DNA from: Octopus sinensis | Taxonomy: Eukaryota | Reading direction: 5' to 3' | Assembly: GCF_006345805.1 (NCBI RefSeq) | Contig: NC_043008.1 | Span: 13,888,001 to 13,952,000 of the forward strand | DNA length: 64,000 bases | Part shown: positions 36,327 to 49,539 of the stretch, one piece after another | Layout: each line of letters opens with the position of its first letter | Numbering within the stretch: the first letter of the stretch is position 1 | Program-made: the position numbers and the translations under genes | The notes under the pieces: model-generated | Database searches by the model: none | What the model saw: the letters and a program-made list of their open reading frames with translations, nothing else | Told to the model about the DNA's origin: nothing

Positions 36327-37679
36327 GAGTAACAATGAAGGGTGAAATTAATTAATTTGGAATAATTATCAATTACACCAAGTAGTCTTCGGCATGTAAA
36401 AGCCTCATTCGAGGAAAATTTAAGTAATACTTAGTATTACTTATATATATATATATCGCTTATCATTTTACTTGTTCCGGTCATGCGATTTCAGCCATGT
36501 TCACACCACTATTTAAAGGATTTTAGGAGAACAAATCATTTCTTTAAAGTCGGGTGCATATTTTATCGGTGTTTTTGCTGAACCGCTGATGTTACGGGGA
36601 CTTAAAATCAATAACACACCAACAGCGCTTACCATTTTGTTGTGGGGAGAGGCAGAAGGGAGATACACCCACAGTCATATATACCTTCCTATATATATAT
36701 ATATATATAATATATATATATATATATACCTGCATATATATATACACATATACATATACATACACACACACAGGCACACACATATATATTAAATATAATA
36801 TAATGTGTATATATATGTCACGGGTTTCTTATCGTTACTGTCTAACGAGTCCACTCGCAAATATCCGTCTACCGAATCGACTCAGATAGGCCTATTGTAG
36901 AAAACACTTATCCAAGTTGCCTTTTATCCAAACAAATTGATTCTTGGTGAGAGTACAGACAAGTTCAGCAGGAAGTAACACAACGACATTCTGGTCATCC
37001 ATATTTTTTTCTTAAGGTAAAAATTGGTCTAAAATTTATTACAAATTTTTTCAAAATATTGAGTATTTTATCACGAATTGCCAAGAAGCAAATTTTATAT
37101 ACACACATGTGTATATTAATTTATACCTAAATCGTATTAATGCATAGTTTATAGAAGAAAAAAGTTACGTAATACAAAATTATCCGATAAAATTAGGTCC
37201 ATAGATGAAACCTCAAAAATAGTAATTTTGCAAATCGAATACAAACTAAATTATATAGAATTATTCAGCACCTCCGCAAAATTCTCGACATTTTAACATT
37301 TCAGAACTAGAATTGTCGTAACAGCAGATGCACTGGAAACAAAGTAGAATTCACAGGAAACTTTATGTTCCCTTTGAGGCTGAATTCAATAATAGGAATC
37401 TCGAAGTTCTTTTTTACGTATTGTTTGAAATCTAATTTTCATTACAACTGCCTAAGGATAATATGATGCTGAAAGAAATTTCCTGATGGTCAAATGGAAA
37501 AAATAGATTTCCCAAGATGTTCCATAGTGATTAGATATTTCTGAATCATCAGCCATAATATTGTGTGCTTATAGAGTGACATTAGCCATGAGAATAAAAC
37601 ATGATTTATGGTCGTTCACAGCCTCCTAATTTGATATGAAGGTAAACGTAAGGATTTACATGCATATATATATATATAC

Positions 37680-37759
<80 letters not shown>

Positions 37760-37980
37760 ATGTATGTATGTATGTATATATGCATATAGTAGAACAGGTT
37801 TTCCCGCGCATAAATACAAACAATAAATATGTAGCTATTACAATACTTACTTATTAACTCAGCGATAATATTTTAAAAAGTTCCACCGACACTCTTTGTT
37901 CAGTCGAGAAAACGATTTTCCTTCATCGTGAAGTATATTTGCCACCTAAATGTGGCTAACCGTTAAGGGTCGATACTACT

Positions 37981-38365
37981 GTAGATTGTAACCTTATTGA
38001 TAAAGAGCGATTAGGCAGACCATCCACTAGAGATGATGACCAAATCAAGTCATTAATTATGTTACCCCACCCTCCATATTCACCAGATATTGCTCCTTCG
38101 GATTTCTACTTATTCAGGTCTTTGCAGAATAGTCTTAATGGTAAAAATTTCAATTCTTTGGACGACGTAAAAAGATACCTTGATGAGTTCTTTGCCATGA
38201 AACCATCTCAATTCTGGAAAGAGGGTATTTTCAATTTAAAGGAAAGATGGCGATGCATTGTGCAACAAAATGGTTCATATTTGGTTGATTAAAAATGTAA
38301 TGGCAAGTATTTATTGACCTTTTTCTTTCCTTTAGCAGTCGGCACGAACTTTCCGGACAACAAAA
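37981..38365 (+). mobile_element. Mariner relic (3' part, internal deletion)
   Basis: LIDKERLGRPS..DDDQIKSLI joined to LPHPPYSPDIAPSDFYLFRSLQNSLNGKNF...WRCIVQQNGSYLVD*; ends in TIR-like gcacgaactttccggacaac. Confidence 0.9.
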
Positions 38366-39176
38366 TACTATACAATTGTTAAATAGTTTTTTTTTCTTGC
38401 ATATCAACGTTTCTTAATCCTTCTCTATCTGTTTTATCGAGACTACTAAATTTCCTGCATTAATAAAATGGTAGTTTTTGTACTCAGAATTATCAACCGC
38501 AAAATATAGACATACCGCTCAGGCTGCGAATGTGTTACATCTTAAAACCCTACGCCATATAAATGAATCTTTTGAACAGCAAAGGAAATCATTAATTTCA
38601 TCCCTTCTTTTCATATGCAGTAACCAAGCAATAAGAATTAAAGCAGACTATAAGCGCACTGACACGAATCTATCACAGGCCCCAACCGTATCCAAAACAG
38701 TTCAATTTAAATGAGAAAGAAATCTCTCATGCAACTAACCGCACGCTCTGCTATGAATGCAAGGTTGTCAATGATAAATGATACTTCTAAATACAGAGTG
38801 GTTGACCATGTAACTATTGATTTTTTTAAAGATAGACATGTACCATCTGCTCATTTAAACTTTGTGAATAAAGTCTTTTGTATGTGCATCAATTCTCAGA
38901 GAAAACAGATTTACTTTCAGTGTCTGCAGTGTTAAGCAGATTACAGGTAATCCCATACATGACACAACTCTCTATGTAAATCTGACGGATTTGAAACAAA
39001 CAAATAAATTATTTGTCAATTTTCGAAAGCTGCAACCGTTTACTAAAGTTAATCGTGCCATCATCTAACATCTAACCAAATACATTCATATATATTTGAT
39101 ACCACTCTTCATATCTTGGTAACATGTTACACACAGGCTTGCAACGCATATTTACGTACATAATACATGTAAAGTA

Positions 39177-39240
39177 GAATCTAGACTGATTTTCTATCGA
39201 ATCTAGACTGATTTTCTGTCGAATCTAGACTGATTTTCTG
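39177..39240. repeat. 22-bp tandem repeat x3
   Basis: gaatctagactgattttct(a/g)tc. Confidence 0.9.
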
Positions 39241-39714
39241 CTACACAGCCACATTGAAAACATGTGCTGGCCGAAGTGGCCTAATGATTGTTCATTCTCC
39301 TGTTCATAAATACTTCAGGAAACTCAATAGAATATGTCAGTCGAGTGTATAAACTTCCAATGATTAAACGCACTCTTTCCTTGCTTATATACACACACAC
39401 GTATATATATATTTCAGTGCAATTGCGTTTTTTTATACGGTACCTAGTTTACAATCCCGTGAATAATAATAATGGTATTTTTATATAAGCTTAAAGTTTA
39501 TGGCGATCACCGTGCAATGATTAACGAAAATAGTCTAGTAAAGGGGGCATGTAAGACCTCACCAGAAAAGAGTGCTTTCCTAAGCCCGTGGGAGTCAAAC
39601 CCACATCCGTTTGCTAATGCGACTAAGTGTGTTATATTTATACCAGCGAATCAGCATCCCTATTTCTGTCAAACTTAAGAATTAAAATGGAATAATATAT
39701 ATATATATTATATA

Positions 39715-39790
<76 letters not shown>

Positions 39791-39792
<2 letters not shown>

Positions 39793-39985
39793 TATTTAAA
39801 AGCAGCAGTAATTCAACAAAACCTGTTACTCGGAGTTTCGGTTTCCCGTTCGTCGGACAATTTTTTTGTTAAACAACAGGATTTGTTGAATTTCTGCTGC
39901 TTTTAAATAAAGCATATTACTCTACCCCTGGTATTTGAGTACTCTTTATTCCACCTTGTTTCAAATTTATGTTTACTCCGGTATA
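39791..39985. mobile_element. Penelope-like inverted pLTR remnant with hammerhead-like motif
   Basis: 37-bp inverted arms (39791-39827 / 39875-39911, 2 mismatches). The spacer on the minus strand reads auugu CCGACGA a cgggaaacc GAAA cuc c gaGUA acagg. Confidence 0.6.
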
Positions 39986-40227
39986 TATATGCTAAAGAAC
40001 AAGGAAGTGATGGGCTGGATTGATATAGCTATATCGGAATATCCCAACCTGTCTTTCTGTCTATCTCTACTCTCTTATTGTGTATATGTGGGGGATACTC
40101 AGGAGTGAGTGCGTGCGAGTGCGTTTGCATATGTATGCATGAGTATATATATATATATATATACACGCGCATATTTATATATATATATATACATATATAT
40201 ACATATATATACACATATATGTGTGTG

Positions 40228-41035
40228 CACTCTGATCAATAAGTATCCGGACTGTTGCCATAGTAATGAAGCTAAAGTACGCTAAGTAAAGCTGCTTGAC
40301 ACACATGTTGGCCTTGAACTCTTATGTGCATAAATGCAAAGTTTTAACGTCGTAGCTCACTTCCACTGATTAAAGCAGTGCTTGGAGGGAAGGTGTGTAG
40401 TGTGTGATCATTGCATTACCCATGACAACTTTGAGCAGAGATTCGGCAAAGTTTTCAAAAAGTTTTCTTCTCGACACAATCAAGAAGATCTTGTGCAACT
40501 GAAACCTGAGCGTCTTTTGGGTCTGTTGAAAGCAGTTTTGCCACACACTTAGCAGACACGCGTTTCAAATCAAAAGCATCAGTGATAGTGGACTGAACTA
40601 ATCTGCACACCCTCTGATTTCCCCTCACATCTGCAAACATATATGCGGTGTTTTCTTCAGTTCTAGTGGTTGTGGGTCTCTCAGAACGTTCGTAAATATC
40701 GACATTTTTTTTGGCCATCTTGAAAACACCTGAACCACTCAAATACTTGCGTGCGGTGCATACACTCCTCTCCATACACTTTCTGAATCTTTGCGCTGGC
40801 CTCTGAACAGGAATCGCTATGATAAAGTTCTCTATCATGGTCTATGTGACGATCACACACTACACGCCTTCCTTCCAAGTATTGCTGTAAAAACTGGACG
40901 TGTGCTAGAACGTTAAAATTTAATGCGCATGCACAGCTGAGTTCAAAGTCAATCTTTGCCCAGCGGCTTCACTTGGTGTATTTTAACTTCGTTACTATGG
41001 CAACAGTCCGAATACTTATTTGATGAGACCAAGTA
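40228..41035 (-). mobile_element. Mariner derivative bounded by two inverted 5' ends
   Basis: Both ends contain TCAA-TAAGTAT.CGGACTGTTGCCATAGTAA plus ~200 bp of leader up to the ATG. Minus frames give IQKVYGEECMHRTQVFEWF and ERPTTTRTEEN...LKRVSAKCVAKLL. Confidence 0.8.
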
Positions 41036-41064
41036 TGAGTGTACATGCATATATGCATGAGATA

Positions 41065-41500
41065 GCGTGTGTGTGCTCGTGTGCGTGTGTGTGCTCGTGT
41101 GCGCGTGTGTGCTCGTGTGCGTGTGTGTGCTCGTGTGCGTGTGTGTGCTCGTGTGCGTGTGTGTGCTCGTGTGCGCGTGTGTGCTCGTGTGTGTGTGTGT
41201 GCTCGTGTGCGTGTGTGTGCTCGTGTGCGTGTGTGTGCTCGTGTGCGTGTGTGTGTTCGTGTGCGTGTGTGTGCTCGTGTGCGTGTTTGTGCTCGTGTGC
41301 GTGTTTGTGCTCGTGTGCGTGTGTGTGCTCGTGTGCGTGTGTGTAATCGTGTGCGTGTGTGTGCTCGTGTGCACGTGTATGCTTGTGTGCGCGTGTGTGC
41401 TCGTGTGCATGTGTGTGCTCGTGTGCGCGTGTGTGCGCATGTGCGTGTGTGTGCTCGTGTGCATGTGTGTGTGCTCGTGTGCGTGTGTGTCCTCGTGTGT
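41065..41500. repeat. 12-bp minisatellite (CGTGTGTGTGCT)n
   Basis: Directly visible; source of the HTHAHE/CARVRV ORFs. Confidence 0.95.
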
Positions 41501-42904
41501 GTGTATGTATGTATGTGTACATTTGGACGTATTTATGTATGCAAAATGCCTCGGCTACCGTTGGCATCTGGTGAGTGACATATCAGTGTTAGACTTTAAA
41601 TATTCATCAATACATTTAATATATACAAACTGCGCCTAAGGATTATCTACTGAATAATATTCATTTATGCAGAGTTGCTTATCTTACCTTTATCTATAAT
41701 TTACTGCCTATTTGAATAACATTTGTGTTCTGTCCTCCGACAACCAAGTTGTTCGATGAACCAATTATGGATGATCTATCGAATTACTTTTAACTCTAGT
41801 ATATAAATTTATTATCGAACTGTCTTCTATCTATCTAATATCTTCGTCTGGACTGCTAATATCTCATCGTGGCTTGCTTCGCTTGTATTGAATCTCTCTG
41901 CGTTAAAATACAGGAAACAGATCTTTGATAATCTACATAACACGGAAAAGATGGGACACTTACATCTGAAATCAATTTGATCAATTGTTTAATCTTGAGG
42001 TAAGCACTTACAGACTGTGGATAAATATTTCCAATAGTAAACTATATAACTTGAATCTACCAACTTACATTGTAAGTGTTTAACTGAAATCTCTATAGGA
42101 AAATTATTTTAAGTATTGTGCATAATCCATAGATGAAGTGTGGTCAATAATAATTGGAAAAAATGTACATAATCTGCGTACAGTCACTTCTCTCTGCTGA
42201 AAGACGAGAGATCGAAGGTACGAAACTTATGAAAACAGTGTTGTTGTTTGTACCTTCTCGAGCCATGCCTGCCTCAAAGGGGCCGGTTTCCAAGTTTCAT
42301 TGGCGTATAGGTTCCTCACATGGACGGGACGCCAGTGAGTTGCTTGATGCAACTTTTTCACTAGATTTGAGAGTCAAATCTATTGATTAGATTGCAAGGC
42401 GCAACGAAAAGTTTAGAAAAGTTATAAAAAAATAAATGGAAAAGACATAAAGACATTTCCTTTCCTTCTTTCTGAAAGTTGCAGGATCTAGCTAATGAAT
42501 TTCTAATCTATATCTATTAAATTCTAATTACACACTTAACATCTCCCTTTCAAATGCCGATTCGCAAAATGTAAGCTTCTGATCAAAATTGTTTGTTTCA
42601 CTACATAATAAAAAACCATTATATATATTCAGTATCACAATTTAGATAAGAAAAAATACCATCACTTTGTGACTATTTAGGTGAAGTACTTCTATAGAAC
42701 TTTATATATATTTTACATGTGAACTTGTGTGTAAAGTATTTGACCCGAAAATTACCCACGAACCGCGATTGAACGGGTTTTATACCCATGGTATATCATT
42801 ATCTTTGCTGCATTAGTGTAAGGAGATTCTTTGGAAACAAGAGTAAATTTTGCTATGAATAACTTCACTTGTATAATATATTTTATTTTATCATTCTTAA
42901 TGAA

Positions 42905-43290
42905 GGGTTGATATTTGGGTCGGGGAGGGGTTAGATCGGATTCAGTGGACAACTGGTACTTATTTTGTCGATTCTGAAAGTATGAAAAGCGACGTCGACC
43001 TCGGCAGAATTTAAAATCAGAACGTAAGAATGGACGAAATGCCGTTAAGTATTTTTTCCCGTGTGCCAACGGTTCGGCCACATCTGTTATGTTATTTAGT
43101 CAGCTATCATTTCTACTATAGTCACAAGGCTTGAAATTTTGGAAAGGGTCTAATGGAATACATCGAGTCGAGTTCGCAAATTGTTATTACCCAGAAAGGA
43201 TGAGAGGCAATGCACACCTCGGCAGAATTTGAACTCACAACGTAAAGACTAGGAAATGCCGTCAAGAATATTCTCCGGCGTGCTGAGTAT
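42905..43290 (-). mobile_element. Two SINE family A copies in tandem
   Basis: Two occurrences of cacc/gacctcggcagaattt...cgtaa...gaaatgccgt. Confidence 0.75.
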
Positions 43291-43888
43291 TCTGCTCGCC
43301 GCCATTTTTGTAGTTCATAATAATTTTGATTTATACAATCCAAATTCAGATTTGCTACATGTGCTGCAGATATTGTCTAAAATATCTCATGAGTATTCAA
43401 ATTAGGAAAGAAAAGAAGGTTGTCACATATATATTTCGTATATCTATCTGTCCTATAGCTATCGATACTAATATATGCGCTGATATTTATAAATTTGTAC
43501 GCGTCATTGCCTTCATGGGGTGGACGTCAGATTGTGTGTGAAATTGTATGTCAGTTTGAGTCATTGCCTGAATATACATCTCAATTTTTGTATGTTTTTC
43601 TTTCGAGTCCAGTGAGATATTGGATTGATGAAAAAAAGATTGACGCAACAAGATTACTTCAAGGGAAATATGTGCCAGGTTCGACAAGCTTTTCTATAAT
43701 GCTTGTAGTTTTCCCAGATTGGTTGCAGTCCCCACCAAAAAAACACCAAAGTAAAGGATTATCTATGTGTATGTCTCTAGGGATGTATACACACACCTGC
43801 GTACACATAGGGGCAAACACACGCATATACATACACATACACGCAAACACACACACATACACACACAGACACACAGACACACACACAT

Positions 43889-43929
<41 letters not shown>

Positions 43930-43943
43930 ACACATATATATAT

Positions 43944-43988
<45 letters not shown>

Positions 43989-43991
43989 ATG

Positions 43992-44310
43992 CGGAGGCGC
44001 AATGACCCGGTGGTTAGGACAGCGGACTCGCGGTCGTAGGATCGTGGTTTCGATTCCCGGACCGGGCGTTGTGAGTGTTTATTGAGTACTAGCAGTATAA
44101 CCCGAGCTTGCCCGGGACTAATTTGCGATTATTAAGCTAATCAAGTTCATTATTTCAAACCAAACTAAGTAATATAGACGTCAAATTCGGGCGAAATCCG
44201 TATTAGTTATATTATTCATTTGAAGGCTAAGCCAATGCGAAGCGCATTGTGACCAGCGATGTGTAGCAACAACTGATAGCCTGGTTAGATCACCTTGATC
44301 ACGGTGATAT
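43992..44310 (+). mobile_element. SINE (head C + tail ii) interrupted by a Helitron 3' fragment
   Basis: Head 43992-44086; Helitron 3' end (hairpin + CTAG at 44089-44092, minus strand, similar to 32111); tail ii resumes at ~44218. Confidence 0.7.
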
Positions 44311-44554
44311 ATATCCATATCTGTATAAATAGGTATACGCGCATTTATGCCTGTGCGTTTCTGTGTGTGCGTGTGTAGATGTGTATTTTATGTACATTTG
44401 TGTGTGTATATATATATATATATAATATATATAATATATATATATATATATATACATACACACAATTAAATATAAGAATACACAAGTTAGACACACGAAA
44501 CTATAAAGTATATTAAACATATCAAATACAAAAAATGTATATATATTTACAGAC

Positions 44555-44664
44555 AAAAAGGCCCGACTTGCACAGAATACAAATATTATAGAGAATTAAA
44601 TGGGTTGATGAAATCCCCTTTAATTCCCTATATCATTTGTATTCTGAGTAAGACGGACCTTTTT
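44555..44664. other. Isolated 110-nt imperfect hairpin
   Basis: aaaaaggcccgacttgcacagaatacaaatattatagagaattaaatggg-ttgatgaaat-cccctttaattccctatatcatttgtattctgagtaagacggaccttttt; 50-nt arms, about 43 paired. Confidence 0.85.
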
Positions 44665-44761
44665 ATATATAAACATAGATACATTTTTATTTGTATTTCA
44701 TACTTTTAATATATGTAAACAGTTTCATCTGTCGAACTTGCTTATCCTTTCATTTGCTCGT

Positions 44762-44797
<36 letters not shown>

Positions 44798-44889
44798 AGT
44801 TTAAATCTCTTCAGCTCTACTAAATGTATTCTATACGTAGAATATCTCATTCTCCCCTATGAACTATATATGCATACATATGTATATAT

Positions 44890-44938
<49 letters not shown>

Positions 44939-45079
44939 TACCACGCACACACACATATACCCACATACATATATACTTGTAAATGTGCGTCTATATACAG
45001 GCATAACTACACGCGTTGCTGTGTGCGAGTGTATACATTTCATTATATGACAAAATTCATAAATAAGTGCGAAGCGATA

Positions 45080-45104
45080 GGCAGATAGATAGATAGATAG
45101 ATAT

Positions 45105-45191
<87 letters not shown>

Positions 45192-45204
45192 CATAGATAG
45201 ATAT

Positions 45205-45273
<69 letters not shown>

Positions 45274-45275
45274 CA
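45080..45275. repeat. (GATA)n array
   Basis: Directly visible. Confidence 0.95.
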
Positions 45276-45522
45276 GAATATTTTTCTATGTATTTCAGCA
45301 GATATCTGTAGTTAAATATATGCGCGTGTTTCTATGTAAACGTCTGTTCGTTTTGTGAGTGTTAAAATCATTTTATTAGATTTTCTGACCAGATGTTTTA
45401 TTAATAAAACCAAAATGTAAACAATAAAACCAAAATTTAAAGACATGGCACAACATATTTTCATACAAGAAGATGTCTACACACACATCCTTACGCATAT
45501 ACCTATACACAATAGGCACAAT

Positions 45523-45561
<39 letters not shown>

Positions 45562-46340
45562 TATGTATATACATATATATATATATATATACATATATAA
45601 TATACATACATATACATAAAATACACACATACATACATGTATATATATATAAGTTTATATATTTATACAAATATGTATATGTATATATATATATATTATA
45701 TATATATATATATCAATATATGAATGTATATATGTATATATATTTATATGTATTTAGATACACCCTTACATATATATATATACACATTATAAACACACAT
45801 ATTTGTGTACTTATATACATATATATGTGTGCGGCGCATGCGCATTCGTGTGCATCTATATGCATATAAATATATATGTTGCGTACCCATATATTTCTAC
45901 GTATATTCTAGTATATACGTGTATGTATTATACATGTTACTTTGTGTATATATATATATATATATACGTGTGTGTGTGCGTAAGTATTGAGTACTTGAAT
46001 AATTACTGCAGCCATCCTAACGTACGGAATTATGTTCACAAGATAAAATGTAAATTGAATCAAGATCACTTTTGTGATGCTAATATCGAAGTGTTGCTCT
46101 AAACTATATATATCCTGACATTTGTATTGTTTTTGTTTTGTTTTGTTTTTTCTTTGCCATTTTCATCTCATCAAAAAAGTTACTATTGTTATGCTAATTG
46201 TTGTCTGCACTGCCATAAAGTATAATCTAATAATTGTGAAAAAAATACAGACATAAATATACAAAGAGAGGCACATACATACATACATATATACATAGAT
46301 ACATACATACATAAGCTTGTACATATATACATACATATAC

Positions 46341-46388
<48 letters not shown>

Positions 46389-46442
46389 GCACACATACAC
46401 AAACGTATATACACAGGTAGATATAGATATACACAAATACAT

Positions 46443-46523
<81 letters not shown>

Positions 46524-48060
46524 GATTGATTCATAGAAAAATTGATAGATAGATATGTTTGCGTGTATAGTTGTTAAATTATTAATGTATATGTATGTCA
46601 CTAAATATTAATGTCTACTGGTGTCGTTTTCTCTACGAATTTTCATCATTATTAAGATATTTATCATTGTTATATTATTGGGGTTTGATGGTTGATGTTG
46701 TTGTTATTTACTGAAGTGAACAGACGTTTATATCCATGTAAAAGCGAATTCTCAACTTTACTTTTTATATTGCTTCAGTGCCATTAACGAAATTTCAACT
46801 TCTAATCAACCGTTTGTTGTAGATACGTATCAAGGATAATAATTCAGTGACAATTAGGGATAATACTTCGTCTTTTGACAATAATAGGCATTCGCAATAT
46901 TGTCCCAAGTAGTAACACTACCACTTTAGAAACGCTACGATAAATTTTTCTCACTGTTGTGATATCAATACTCTCATTAGCCGAAATATAAGTAAAAAAG
47001 ATTCCAAATAATTTTGAAGCGAAAAATGTAAAGTAACTAGTTTTCTTAAACAAAGGAAGAGAGGAAAGTACTGAAACAAACACACCAATCGTAAAACTAG
47101 AATAAAACCCGAAATATAAATAATGCTGGAAGTACGAATTTTTATAAGTTTTTAAGTTGTGCTAACAGTAACGGCAATATGAGAGAATCTAGCCTTTTTC
47201 CTTGGCTAAAAGTATAGGGTCATAGGAAGAGATTCGATTAGAACTAGATGAAAAATATATTAAATGTGTGTATTTTATATTTAAATGCGTGGAAGCTCAT
47301 GAAACCCTGTGCCACCTTGCCCTGCGAATTTGTGATATATCAAAAAAATTAAGTCTTCGATATCCCCTGTTAACGATGAATTGGGTGGTGTTTTGCGTGC
47401 TGTGTTATACAATTATATGCTGCAACAGCGAAGACAAGGCTCTTGGAAGCATGTGTTCCATCTTTAAAAGTCAGAATCCACAAAGAGTGTGTTCTCATGC
47501 GCAGATAGATTCTGTCATAGAAAAATTTAAATAAACATGTGAGTTATTAACGCGCATATGAGGTTGGGGGTTTTCTGCTTTGATGGAGATATATATACTA
47601 TCGGAAGCGGTGGAGGTTCATTCGACAGTGGACCGTGCAGAGATCCGACTCGCTACACATTTTGTAACGACTAAAGGGCACTTGATTCATTCTGTCTAGA
47701 AAAATGTGAAAGTCAATGACAAAAGAGAATGGCAGTTAAAAAGATAAAACGGAGACAGAAACAAACTTCACACTATCACACGTCCCATCTTTGAGCATAC
47801 TAAATATCGGAGCGAACACAAATTCTTCATCCGCAAAGCCACCACCGGAACATTAACCGACGATGATACGAGCCATAAGGCTTCTTCCCAAGCACAGGAG
47901 TGATCAGTGTCAGCAAACAGTATTATTATCCATTATTATGAGGTGAAAGTGAAGAGATGATGATAGGAAACGTGTAGGATACTGGTGAGAGAGAGGAATA
48001 AAAGAAACATATTAACAAAAAAGCATTACACCATCAAAAAAGATACAAAACAAAGAAAAT

Positions 48061-48250
48061 CACTCACGTTGAAGAGCTCGTACGTCAATCGGATTTGAAC
48101 TTTCAGCTTATTCAAAGGTTCAAACTAGCATACTCCAATTTTTGATTGGTTTAAGAGGATACGAATAAAATAGTGACTTAGGAAGTGATTGGAATGAATT
48201 CCGGAAGCTCCTAGTTAATGAATGATGGATTACAGAGCGTGACGCTAGTT
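48061..48250 (-). promoter_or_regulatory. Candidate promoter / non-coding first exon
   Basis: Non-repetitive and CpG-enriched. Two CCAATC boxes (48144-49, 48187-92), ETS-type CCGGAAG (48201) and GGAAGT (48181), a TGACG half-site, and a consensus donor AAC|GTGAGT at 48067. Confidence 0.3.
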
Positions 48251-48319
48251 CATGCCGGTGCGCTCTTTAGGCGAGAACTCTTACAACTTAATGGTGGGAC
48301 ATTTATATTATATGGTGCA

Positions 48320-48360
<41 letters not shown>

Positions 48361-49499
48361 GAATGTGTGTGCTTTAGTGAATGTGTGTGTATGTGAGATA
48401 GACAGGGAGAAGAGAAGAGGGGAAGAGAAGTCTAGTACTTGTGTTTATTCACCAGGTTATGTTATGCGTTTATTGATGAGATGCTGTTGCTTTTTTCCTG
48501 ATCTCTGCATTGGTTGTTAGTGTTGTTTTTCTGTGGTATGGTACTTTTTTTTGTTGTACTTTCTGATAGGCAGGTGTGTTATTAATTTCTTTATGATCTA
48601 TTGTTGATTTGATGTTGAGTTCTGTTTCTTTCTTCTTTCACTGTGTCTGTGCGTATGTAATGTAGTAAATGTTGTTTTGATAAAAGCTGATTATGATCTG
48701 AATGAGGTTAGCAGTAAAATTAATTAAAGACATATCTATTGTAAGTAGCTTTATCTCTAATGAATGGTACTTTTTCGGTTGAATGTTTTCGGTGTGTTTT
48801 GTTGTTAAAGATTTATCGGGAATTGTTTTGTGAATAAACACATTTTTGTGTTTCTTGGCAATGTAATTTTGTTTTCTTGTTTGAAAAAATATTTGTGTAA
48901 GTGTGTGTGTATGCGTTCGTTTGAATTTCTGTAGAATTTTTCTCTTTGACATGTTTCATAAAGAAATATCTGTTTGTGACGTACGTTTATGTAGGTGCGT
49001 TCACTTGGCTTGTGCGTATGGCTGTAATGGCTTTTGGGTATTTTACCAGAATTATTAAAATTGAAAAATAAATACGTGTGTTTCAGTTTGTAAGTTTCTT
49101 TAAAGAAAAGTGTACACGAGTGCTTATGCGTAGTTTTTAATAGTAAAAACAATTAACATATCTATTGTGGATAGAAATCGTTTTCGTGACCGAATGTTTT
49201 TGGTGTGTTTTGCTATCGAATACTCCTTATGCGCTGATGTGAATATGTAATGAACAATAATCTCCTTGTATCATCCTTTGAAGATTTTACTACATATACC
49301 AACGTAGTTTATACCTGCTCGTCCTTTCTGTAAAATTGTTCTCTTATATATTCACAAAGTAATTCCCAGTATTCAAAAACACAACGCGCCAAAATCTCTC
49401 AGGCGTCAGAGCGCCATGATTTAGTTTAAACAAGCTAACGCCATTCATAAACTACATTTCTCGAAACAATAATGTAGAACACTGGATAAAACCACGCAC

Positions 49500-49539
<40 letters not shown>

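Noticed and set aside
38478-38935. Two ORFs overlapping by ATGA
   Set aside because: This coupling is meaningless in a eukaryotic context; both are short and show no recognisable homology.
40949-41639. 170-190-aa repetitive ORFs (HTHAHE etc.)
   Set aside because: Translations of a 12-bp minisatellite.
43659-43760. GDCNQSGKTT Walker-A-like string
   Set aside because: Spacing is Gx5GKT rather than Gx4GKT, and the frame stops shortly after.
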